From Octopus sinensis (taxonomy: Eukaryota), in contig NC_042998.1 in the NCBI RefSeq assembly GCF_006345805.1, positions 180,172,001 to 180,236,000 of the forward strand: 64,000 nt of DNA, read 5' to 3'. A model generated the notes under the pieces. The model was not told the origin of the DNA. It saw only the letters and a program-made list of their open reading frames with translations, and searched no databases. Both the position numbers and the translations under genes were made by a program. This document shows, one piece after another, positions 12,318 to 23,589 of this stretch (position 1 is its first letter; every line of letters starts with the position of its first letter).

Positions 12318-12820
12318 ATATATAACTCTAGTTGTGTGAGTGTCTGTCCCCTTCGATTTAGATTCCTAACACCTCCCACATTTTGCGGTGCAGTTTAGCC
12401 AAATTCGGGTATCTTATAGTCGTGATTCATATCGAGCCCGTCTGGCTATTATCGCGCGTCAACGATGAGTCTACGATTTTAAAAATAATTTAACATCATT
12501 TTTTATTCCATTTTAATGCATAATTTTTCGTGTGTCGATGGCGGCGGAGTTGGCGTCCACGCTCACAGCTGCACCTGTTTGCTTCTCCCCCTTCCCTCCC
12601 TCGTGAAGCTGTGGGGAAGGGAGTGTAAAGAAATCAACGTCGTAATGCGTTGTCAAGGAGACCAGCGTTCTTTTAGAACAACGACTTCATGGCTTGAAGA
12701 CACCAAAACAGAAATGGCTAAGAAAGCCCGAATTGGCATCTATAAGGGAAGTAACTCTCTAAAAATGCTTATATAGTTATTTCCCTTACAAACCCGAGCA
12801 ACGCCGGGCGATACTGCTAG
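12318..12820 (+). mobile_element. Helitron-like non-autonomous element
   Basis: 3' end CCCGAGCAACGCCGGG hairpin (12793-12808) followed by CTAG|T; 5' TC terminus not clear. Confidence 0.5.
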
Positions 12821-13121
12821 TATATATATATATATATGTAAGAAAATGCTTCGAGGACTATATTTTAGCAAAGTAGCTACTGGTTTCCAATGTTTTAAGA
12901 TGATCTAGTCATGGAGATATAAAAACAAAAAAAAGTGCAAAAACAAAAAAGAAAATTAGAATGAAATAAATTTAATTAAATTAAGCTTACATAATGTCAG
13001 CTCTATTTTCTTTATGAAGATCACACGGTGCTGTATTACCTTTTTTTCCTGATTATTGTTGGGTAGCGGTTGACAGCAGCTGTAGCTAATATAACCCCCC
13101 CCCCATATATATATATATATG

Positions 13122-13332
13122 TATACTCTTTTACTTGTTTCAGTTATTTGACTGTGGCCATGCTGGAACACCGCCTTTAGTCGAGTAAATCGACCCCAGA
13201 CTTATTCTTTGTAAGTTTAGTACTTATTCTATTGGTCTCTTTTGCCGAACCACTAAGTTACGGGGACGTAACATACCAGCATCGGTTGTCAAGCTATGTT
13301 GGGAGGACAAACACAGACACACAAACGTATAC

Positions 13333-13375
<43 letters not shown>

Positions 13376-13658
13376 TTCTTTAGCACCTCACTCACCATCC
13401 ACCAAAACGTTACGTTGAATAATAAATAAAAGAACTGGTTACTAGCTTCAGAGCTGGGATTGGTGAAGTCGTTGATGAGCTTTTGCTATCTTGTGTTTAT
13501 TGTTTGCTGTTTTATATGACTGCATGTCTCCGTCTTTTACTAGTTATAAAGTTAAAATACTTTCCTTTATTTATTTTTGCATCGAGTGCCATTGTACACC
13601 GAATAGAAAATAGACTATAATAAGAAATACAATTGGCAATGTGTGCGTGTGTGTATAT

Positions 13659-13709
<51 letters not shown>

Positions 13710-13970
13710 AAGTTTTTTTATTGGCCACACAGGGCTGCACACAGATGGGACAAGTTACAAGGTAGAGCTTTTCTTTTGGGGGATGAACAAAGGGGGTGGC
13801 GTAGGTTTTCGATCAAGAGGGATCGTAAAAGGGAAGAAAAGAACAAAAAAAAAATATATATTCTTTCAGTTTCCATATATCAAATCCACTCACAAGGCTT
13901 TGGTCGGCCTGAGGCTATATAATAGCAGACACTTGCCCAAGGTGTGGTTGCTAAGCAAGCTACTTACCTC
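13122..13970 (-). mobile_element. CORE-type SINE split by a roughly 480-bp segment in its internal microsatellite
   Basis: Tail half 13122-13330, head half 13860-13970. Confidence 0.75.
13372..13854 (+). repeat. Near-identical duplicated segment, copy 1 (copy 2 at 16432-16932)
   Basis: Matches by eye apart from one substitution and the (TA)n length. Confidence 0.9.
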
Positions 13971-13977
13971 ACACACA

Positions 13978-14048
<71 letters not shown>

Positions 14049-14469
14049 GAATAAAATACTTTGGTTACTTTGCAGAATAGTACATTGCTAATAAGAATAA
14101 AGTAAGTTAGAATAACTGAAGGAATGGTTCCTTAGTTTATGTATGTATAAGTACAAAAAGACTTTCCAAGGAAATACAAGGAATGGATTTCATTCCATTC
14201 CATAAACTAAAATCTAATGAAGTAAAATAAATTAGAATATTTATGCTATTAGATTTCAGAATTTTCTGTATAGTACTTAAGCATTCTCAGGCGCTAGACG
14301 AAGTATTCTTGTACGTAATAACATAAATATTCTACTTTATTCTAATTAATGTTATTTCATTCCATTTCGTGTCATTTCCGTAGAAAATTTGTAGAATGCC
14401 TGTATCTGTATATAAAGTAACTAAGGAAGAATTCCTTCATTTCTTCAAGATAATATTATTATTCTCAAT

Positions 14470-14820
14470 GATAAGGCTGCGAGCTGGCAGAACCGTTAGT
14501 ACGCCGGGCGAAATGCGTAGCCGTATTTCGTCTGCCGTTACGTTCTGAGTTCAAATTCCGCAGTTACGCACTGGGGTCGATGTAATCGACTTAATCCGTT
14601 CGTCTGTCCTTGTTTGTCCCCTCCCTTGTGAATAATAAAGAAACAATTATTATACTGAATGAAGTGGTGAGCTGGCAAAATCGTTAGCACGCCGTTTCGT
14701 ACATCTTCACGTTCTAAGTTCAAATTCTGTCTTTCACTGTCGATAAAAGAAGTACCTGTTGAGTGCTAGGGTCGATATATTCACAAAATTGCTGGTCTTG
14801 TTCTAAAATTTAAAATATAT
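14470..14820 (+). mobile_element. Two Meta-like SINE fragments
   Basis: GCGAGCTGGCAGAA heads; the first copy is internally deleted. Confidence 0.75.
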
Positions 14821-14865
14821 ACATGCATGTATGTGTAATTCTTTGTTGCATACAATAATCTTTTC

Positions 14866-15426
14866 AACTCTAGGCACAAGGCCTGAAATTTTGAGGGAAC
14901 TGATGCACGCAACTGGTACTTAATTTATTGACCCCGAAAGTATGAAACACAAAATCGACCTCAGGGGAATTTGAACTCAGAACGTCGCGGCAGACGAAAT
15001 ACCTATTTCTTTACTACCCACAAGGGGCTACATACAGAGGGGACAAACAAGGACAGACAAACAGATTAAGTCGATTATATCGACCCCAGTGCGTAACTGG
15101 TACTTAATTTATCGACCCCAAAACGATGAAAGGCAAGGTCGACCTCGGCGGAATTTGAACTCAGAACGTAACGGCGGACGAAATACCTATTTCTTTATTA
15201 CCCACAAGGGGCTAAAAATAAAGGGGACAAACAAGGACAGACATAGGTATTAAGCCGATTGCATCGACCCCAGTTTGTAACTGGCACTTAATTTATCGAC
15301 CCCGAAAGGATGAGAGGTAAAGTCGACGTCGGCGGAATTTGAACGCAGAACGTGACGGCAGACGAAATACGGCTACGCATTTCGCCCGGCGTGCTAACGT
15401 TTGTGCCAGCTCGCCGCTTTGCTTTA
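14866..15426 (-). mobile_element. Meta-like SINE trimer bounded by one TSD
   Basis: GCATACAATAATCTTTTC at 14848-14865 and 15427-15444; both internal junctions read GAAATAGGTATTTCGTC on the minus strand. Confidence 0.85.
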
Positions 15427-15872
15427 GCATACAATAATCTTTTCTACTCATTATGAAAATAATTTAATATAGACAGAGAAACAAGCGCTTGTCACTGTAA
15501 CATTCGAAGTTACTGTGTTTGCATTTATTTCAAGCGCAGAGCAAGACTTATGCTTCTTGGCAAGGTGAACAACCCGCGGTCTTTCGTTCTACAAATAGTG
15601 CTTACATGTTCGTCAGCGTAATGAAATATGTGACTTACATAGCTTCCTTGTTCAGAAGGAAACACAAAGGATGCTGAATAGGCGGAAACAGTCGCGGTAA
15701 TCCGCTCGCTCGTGTAACTCCTTCCTTCGAGGTTTAAGGAGGAGGCGGAGTTTTACACTTACTATGGTGTTATTTGTCTCTATCATCAGAGAATCCCACG
15801 ACTGCGAGATATTACATGTGTAATTTTTGCGCTCAAAAGGTGGTCGTACTTGATAGCGAGTCGATAGCCACC

Positions 15873-15910
<38 letters not shown>

Positions 15911-16431
15911 TTGTGTGAGTAGAAATATGTGTGAGCGTATGTCTATCTACATATACAACGTATATTTATTTGCACGCTCTGTGTATTTGTGCGCTTGTAT
16001 CCATTTATTCTATTTACATCACTCCAACTTCCTGTGTTATTCCCTCTCAAACACAGATGCACAGAGAAATTGCTTGTGGGGAAAACAAACATCCACAGTT
16101 CAACGCAGTTTACAAGCATATACAAACTCACCAGCATTCACACACATTCGTACACAACGCAGACACAATCACACTTATACTGATGTAATCAAAGAATTTA
16201 TAAGCCTTGTAGTACATAATTTATTACATGGAAGATTTAAAACTTGGCACAGTAAGATTACATGCCGAATATGTTGTGTGCAGTTTACTGAGTGTATGTA
16301 CTATTTAACTGAAAGCTGGTTTAGATTAGTATCTGATACTAGCGACAGCATCGGGTTAGAAGCACTCTTAAAACCTGTCTCGTTTATATTATGCATATTT
16401 TCAAGGGACGTCGTAGATTTACAAAGTATCT

Positions 16432-16719
16432 TTTTTTTCTTTTGCACCTCACTCACCATCCACCAAAACGTTACGTTGAATAATAAATAAAAGAACTGGT
16501 TACTAGCTTCAGAGCTGGGATTGGTGAAGTCGTTGATGAGCTTTTGCTATCTTTTGTTTATTGTTTGCTGTTTTATATGACTGCATGTCTCCGTCTTTTA
16601 CTAGTTATAAAGTTAAAATACTTTCCTTTATTTATTTTTGCATCGAGTGCCATTGTACACCGAATAGAAAATAGACTATAATAAGAAATACAATTGGCAA
16701 TGTGTGCGTGTGTGTATAT

Positions 16720-16788
<69 letters not shown>

Positions 16789-16932
16789 AAGTTTTTTTAT
16801 TGGCCACACAGGGCTGCACACAGATGGGACAAGTTACAAGGTAGAGCTTTTCTTTTGGGGGATGAACAAAGGGGGTGGCGTAGGTTTTCGATCAAGAGGG
16901 ATCGTAAAAGGGAAGAAAAGAACAAAAAAAAA
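16432..16932 (+). repeat. Near-identical duplicated segment, copy 2
   Basis: Matches 13372-13854. Confidence 0.9.
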
Positions 16933-16955
16933 TTTAAAATTAAAAATTTAAAAAA

Positions 16956-16967
16956 TAGATAGATAGG

Positions 16968-17006
<39 letters not shown>

Positions 17007-17007
17007 G

Positions 17008-17070
<63 letters not shown>

Positions 17071-17088
17071 GTAGATAGATAGATAGAT
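16956..17088. repeat. (GATA)n microsatellite
   Basis: Long GATA run with occasional GGTA. Confidence 0.95.
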
Positions 17089-17093
17089 ATACA

Positions 17094-17370
17094 TAGGGAC
17101 AGGTGTGACTGTGTGGTAAGAAGTAGCTTGCGTACGAACCACATTGCTTCGGATTCAGTCTCACTGCGTGGCACCTTCGGCTGGTGTCTTCTACTATAGC
17201 CTCGGGCCGACCAACGCCTTGTGAGTGAGTTTGGTAGACGGAAACTGAAAGAAGCGCGTCGTATATATATATATAGGTGTGTGTGCGTGAATGTATGTGT
17301 TTGTGTCTGTGTGCCCCCCCCCACCAAAGCTTAACAACCGATATTGGTGTGTTTACATCCCCATAACATA
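17094..17370 (+). mobile_element. CORE-type SINE, 3'-truncated
   Basis: Head, CORE-like block and start of the tail half. Confidence 0.8.
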
Positions 17371-17416
17371 CATATATACACACACACATATATATATACA
17401 TATACATACACACACA

Positions 17417-17485
<69 letters not shown>

Positions 17486-17491
<6 letters not shown>

Positions 17492-18315
17492 TTACTTCTT
17501 TCAGTCATTGGACTACGGCCAATCTGAAGCACTGCCTTTAGTCGAACAAATCGACACAGGACTTATTTTTTGTAAGCCTAGTACTTATTTTATCGTTCTC
17601 TTTGGCCAAACGGCTAGGTTACGCGGACGTAAATACACCAACATCAAGCGATGGTCTGGAACAAACAGACAGAAATACACACACACACACACGCAAACAT
17701 AGTTAGTGGGCTGTTATATGGCTAGATGTATGTGTGTGTGAGGGTATATATGTGTATATGCACATGTATGTAAGCATATGGATATGAAAATAAACAGAAC
17801 AACATACAGACGGTTAGGCATATAGGACTTAAACACATGACCATATATAAACACACACTTTACTTCACACAAGGACACATATAGAGACACGTGTCCACAC
17901 ATATGGAGATGCACATCCATACATACAAAGATGGTACATAGTTGCAAAACCATACACACACACAGACATGCGCACACAAGGAGACAGAGGTGCATACATA
18001 TTCAAACACGTGCTCAGACACACACACATACATAAAAGTACCCAGCTATGCAAGCACGTGAATATGCAGAATACATACATATAGATGCACACACATACAT
18101 ATATACATATACATACACACACAAACACAATGACCCACACACATGCGCACAAACAAAAAGGAACTCAGTGTAAATAACGGACAGAGTCATGACTATTGAA
18201 AAGGTTGCGAGACACAACGAAATTTTTACCAGCGAGTATGTAAAACTATAGGGCACAAAAAGAGAATGACTCTCCCCAGACACAACAGTTTATAAATACA
18301 TGCATATATATATAC

Positions 18316-18402
<87 letters not shown>

Positions 18403-18990
18403 CCTGCTCGCTTAGCCAGCGGGGTGGCGTCATTTAAAGGCTAAAACAATGCGAAGCGCATTGTGACCAGCGATGTATAACAAAATCTGATAGCCTGGTC
18501 GGTCATGTTATATATATATATACATACACATATATAACATATATATATATACACACATATACGTATATATATATGTATACTTATATATACATATATATAC
18601 ATATACACATATATGTATACATATGTATATACATATGTATATATACATATATGTATATATACGTAAATGTATATCTATATATATATACACACATATATAT
18701 ATATACATATGTATATATACATATATATATACATATATACATATGTATATATTCATATATATGTATATATACTTATATATATATACATATAAACATATAT
18801 GTATATACATATACATATAAGTATATATATATACACATATATGCATACATATATGTATATATATATTTACATACACACATATATATATAAATGCACATAC
18901 ATATATATATAATATATATATACATACACATATATATATATATATATATACATGCACTTATATATATATATACATACACACACACACACA

Positions 18991-19036
<46 letters not shown>

Positions 19037-19861
19037 TTACTTCTTTCAGTCATTGGACTACGGCCAATCTGAAGCACTGCCTTTAGTCGAACAAATCGAC
19101 ACAGGACTTATTTTTTGTAAGCCTAGTACTTATTTTATCGTTCTCTTTGGCCAAACGGCTAGGTTACGCGGACGTAAATACACCAACATCAAGCGATGGT
19201 CTGGAACAAACAGACAGAAATACACACACACACACACGCAAACATAGTTAGTGGGCTGTTATATGGCTAGATGTATGTGTGTGTGAGGGTATATATGTGT
19301 ATATGCACATGTATGTAAGCATATGGATATGAAAATAAACAGAACAACATACAGACGGTTAGGCATATAGGACTTAAACACATGACCATATATAAACACA
19401 CACTTTACTTCACACAAGGACACATATAGAGACACGTGTCCACACATATGGAGATGCACATCCATACATACAAAGATGGTACATAGTTGCAAAACCCATA
19501 CACACACACAGACATGCGCACACAAGGAGACAGAGGTGCATACATATTCAAACACGTGCTCAGACACACACACATACATAAAAGTACCCAGCTATGCAAG
19601 CACGTGAATATGCAGAATACATACATATAGATGCACACACATACATATATACATATACATACACACACACAAACACAATGACCCACACACATGCGCACAA
19701 ACAAAAAGGAACTCAGTGTAAATAACGGACAGAGTCATGACTATTGAAAAGGTTGCGAGACACAACGAAATTTTTACCAGCGAGTATGTAAAACTATAGG
19801 GCACAAAAAGAGAATGACTCTCCCCAGACACAACAGTTTATAAATACATGCATATATATAC

Positions 19862-19894
<33 letters not shown>

Positions 19895-19897
19895 CAT

Positions 19898-19941
<44 letters not shown>

Positions 19942-20555
19942 ATATATTAGCCTGCTCGCTTAGCCAGCGGGGTGGCGTCATTTAAAGGCTAAAACAATGC
20001 GAAGCGCATTGTGACCAGCGATGTATAACAAAATCTGATAGCCTGGTCGGTCATGTTATATATATATATACATACACATATATATACATATATATATATA
20101 CACACATATACGTATATATATATGTATACTTATATATACATATATATACATATACACATATATGTATACATATGTATATACATATGTATATATACATATA
20201 TGTATATATACGTAAATGTATATCTATATATATATACACACATATATATATATACATATGTATATATACATATATATATATACATATATACATATGTATA
20301 TATTCATATATATGTATATATACTTATATATATATACATATAAACATATATGTATATACATATACATATAAGTATATATATATATACACATATATGCATA
20401 CATATATGTATATATATATTTACATACACACATATATATATAAATGCACATACATATATATATATATATACATACACACACACAAACATATATATATATA
20501 TATACATGCACTTATATATATATATACATACACACACACACACACACATATATAT
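17486..20555 (+). repeat. Direct tandem duplication, period about 1545 bp
   Basis: 17486-19030 is about equal to 19031-20555; the differences I noticed are small indels, mostly in simple repeats. Confidence 0.9.
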
Positions 20556-20574
20556 GTACAAAATCGCTACAGTT

Positions 20575-21340
20575 TCTTTTTCAGAGCTGTCTTGCAAGTG
20601 GTAAGCTCCCAGTCAAATTGAAAGGAAGGATAATATGCCCTATCCATAAGGGAGGAAGCAGAGCAGATGCTACAAATTATAGGCCTATCTCTCTGACCTC
20701 ACACATCAGCAAAGTCATGGGACGAATAGTCCGCAAGAAACTAATCATATTCCTTGAAGAAAATGACTTGCTGACTGACACCCGGCATGGATTTCCACCA
20801 GGTAGAAGCGAACACAGCTCCTGCAACACTATGACTGGGTGTTAAAACAGCTACTAAATGGCTCAAGTGTGGATGTGATATATCTCCACTTTGCAAAAGC
20901 CTTTGATAAAGTTAACCATGTATGATCTGTCACAAACTGCGCGATCTCGACATAGACGGAAAACTTGGAGAATGGTTGCACAACTTCCTAAAAGATAGAA
21001 GGCAGGCAGTGGTGGCCAATGGAGCCACCTCCAAGGAAACACAAATAACAAGTGATGTTCCATAGGGTACTGTTTTGGGGCCGCCCTTGCTAGCTATGCA
21101 GATTACACAAGAGTCTCTCAGACAATACAAAACCCTGGAAATATTGCACATCTGCAACGGGTGTCGGATACAACATACAGATGAGCTGAGGACAACGACA
21201 TGCAGTTTAATTCAGGGAGGTTCCAAGCCCTGCGCTACCAGCACATAAAGCTGAACGACATGCAAACTGGATACACTGGCCCGGGAAGAATTGCAATTCC
21301 TGAGTCAAAATCAGTGCGTGACCTGACCACTGAACTACGG
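20575..21340 (+). mobile_element. CR1-group LINE reverse transcriptase fragment
   Basis: IICPIHKGGSRADATNYRPISLTSHISKVMGRIVRKKL...HGFPPGRS, then FAKAFDKV and VPxGTVLGP motifs; frameshifted. Confidence 0.9.
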
Positions 21341-23589
21341 ACACCTAAGGAAAATACATTGAAAACAGCAATAGTGTTTTAAGAAACAATAGTTTCTCAT
21401 ATTTACATAATATCTTTCTTTTTGTTGTTTTTTTGTTTTTTTGCAAATGAACACGGGAGGTTGCAGCGTTGTAAGTGAAAGGAAATATTTCCAAGTGCGA
21501 ATATAAAGTGAATCGCAAAAACTGAACTCCCACTTGCACCATCTGTGCATAACATGTTCCTACTTTTCAAGTCTTCGCGTATGCATAAAAAAGTTATTTC
21601 GACTGACTAAGCGCTTTTCACGACTCTGTTCTTATACACGAGAGCAAAGGCAATAAAACGGGAGAATGGAAAAAAGTATTGTAATGCTACTTATTTTAAG
21701 AACTCAGAAAGTCTGAATCCGCAGACCCGAAACGAAATACTGTGTGAAGCATCAAGTTCGTCTCTCGTCTGTTTGCGTTTGTATACACCATCGTTCAGTA
21801 ATGTTTAGGACAGGAGATACCGAAGTATAAGTATTTCCTAATGTGAGTAACTCTCTGTCGCCTGCACCTAAAAGAGTGTGTGGCGGAGGGAGCGGGTGAA
21901 AGAGAAAAAAAAGAGCAAACCAAAGTGGGAATGAGTGTGTGAGAAATTGCCTGAAATAGAGATATAATGCATTATATAGAATAAAAGACAAAGAGAAGCA
22001 TGTGTATGAGAAAGAGAGAGATCAGAGAGAGAAGGAAAGAATAGAGAATGAGAAACGGTAAAAGCATTATTTTTCTTTTAATCATTTTTGTTTAGTTAGT
22101 TTCTTTTGATTTTGAGTCACCTCTTAGGAATTATTTCTCAGCCTATTTCTACTTAGCAAGGTCTATTTATCTACGAATGCTTTCAATAAATACCAAATTA
22201 CACAGCGTTATTTAAATAATTCATTTAATTAAATTCTTAGATTAACCAGCTTTTCTGTCTCGTTCCTTTTCACATGTGCTTCTTTGTTGTTTGTGACATC
22301 TTTGATAAATTGTTTCTCGCAGCATTTCAAGACGTATATCTTTCCTTTGGGTGTCGTTTATAATGTTTAATTGTTAAAGTTAATCATTTGCCGAACCATA
22401 AGAGTTCGTAGAAGAAATACTTAGCTGTGGGATATTTAGAGTCGAGTAGATGAAAGATGTTCCCTCTCCGCAGGTAATACTTCAAGATCTACCGCATGTT
22501 CTCCAGCTAGATAAACAACTGACACTCCATCCAGTTCTCGGTCCAAAAGGTTTATTCTTCCATAACGCTTATTTATTTCAAAGTGAAATGTAATATTACT
22601 TCTATGCAAAGTTTATACAAGTATGGCACTCAAGGACGATAATGACGTAATGCCTGACACTGAAAGTAGAAGTAATGCCGTTATCTCAAGGTTGATTGAC
22701 ATACTTTCTGGAAATTATGTTCTAAATGTAGAATAAGCAACGTAAATGTGAAGTAAGAGCCGAGTTCATGGTAAGTACAGATCGGAACTCACTTTCAATT
22801 TGTGGTTGAATTGATTTCTTTTCGTCTGAGCCGCATTAGTTGTAAAAATACAATTTTCGTGCCGACAATAGTTCCCACTCCATAAATATTCCTGGACCCT
22901 CTTATGTCTCTAGAAGCGGGCTTTATAGACATTTGGGAAAAGCAGTGTTGTTTCCCTTTACATCAAGCCTTCGCTTATGTCTGACATAGGAATTTCCGTT
23001 CGAGACTAGCTCGTCTAATGGGCTCCATCGGTCTCTCAACTCGAACAGTAAATGATCTCTACAAATCTGTTTCGATTCACATTGTTGTATTGCCCCCACA
23101 TCTTTGACGGCTCTGCTGCATGCACAGATATCCGAGACCACAACCAGTTTAAAACTACTTCATGCAGAGAAAGACATAAATTCAACATCATATGGATGGA
23201 GTAAAGCGTAAGGTCACTCCCAGATACGCTCTAACCACTTGTTCACTGCTGCAGATGTCGTTTTCTCTCTCCGCCTTTTCCACTGCTAATAGAAAATCCA
23301 TCTCTTGACCCAGCTATACATTAAGAATGTAGCAGCTGGAGGGAGGGAGAAATTGTTGCAATCAGCTCTAGGCTGATTCTCATCTTCAGCTGAATAGACT
23401 AAAATAACTCGAAACGAAGCATCTTGCCCAAGAACACAACGTGCCCAAACTGATTCTCGTTTAATGAAAATTCCCTTTACAAATTAAGTTAACGTTTTGG
23501 TAAAGAAACTGAACAGTTTTCTGTTCCTTTGCTCCAAAAATATTCTTAATGAAGAAAAAAAAATTGTGTGTAAACAGTTGAAAAATTAG

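Noticed and set aside
9838-15426. Regularly spaced repeats resembling a CRISPR array
   Set aside because: Units are about 180-bp SINE bodies with no unique spacers, leader or cas genes; the DNA is eukaryotic.
15774-16490. 238-aa ORF
   Set aside because: It runs through a (CA)n tract and into the duplicated segment; no recognisable domain or splice context.
11632-21340. The two CR1 fragments as one rearranged element
   Set aside because: The 3' piece precedes the 5' piece by 8 kb with no shared TSD; independent truncated copies are simpler.
22886-22985. SLEAGFIDIWEKQ peptide resembling an ionotropic-receptor S2 segment
   Set aside because: Only 32 codons between stops, with no acceptor site; the similarity is too short.
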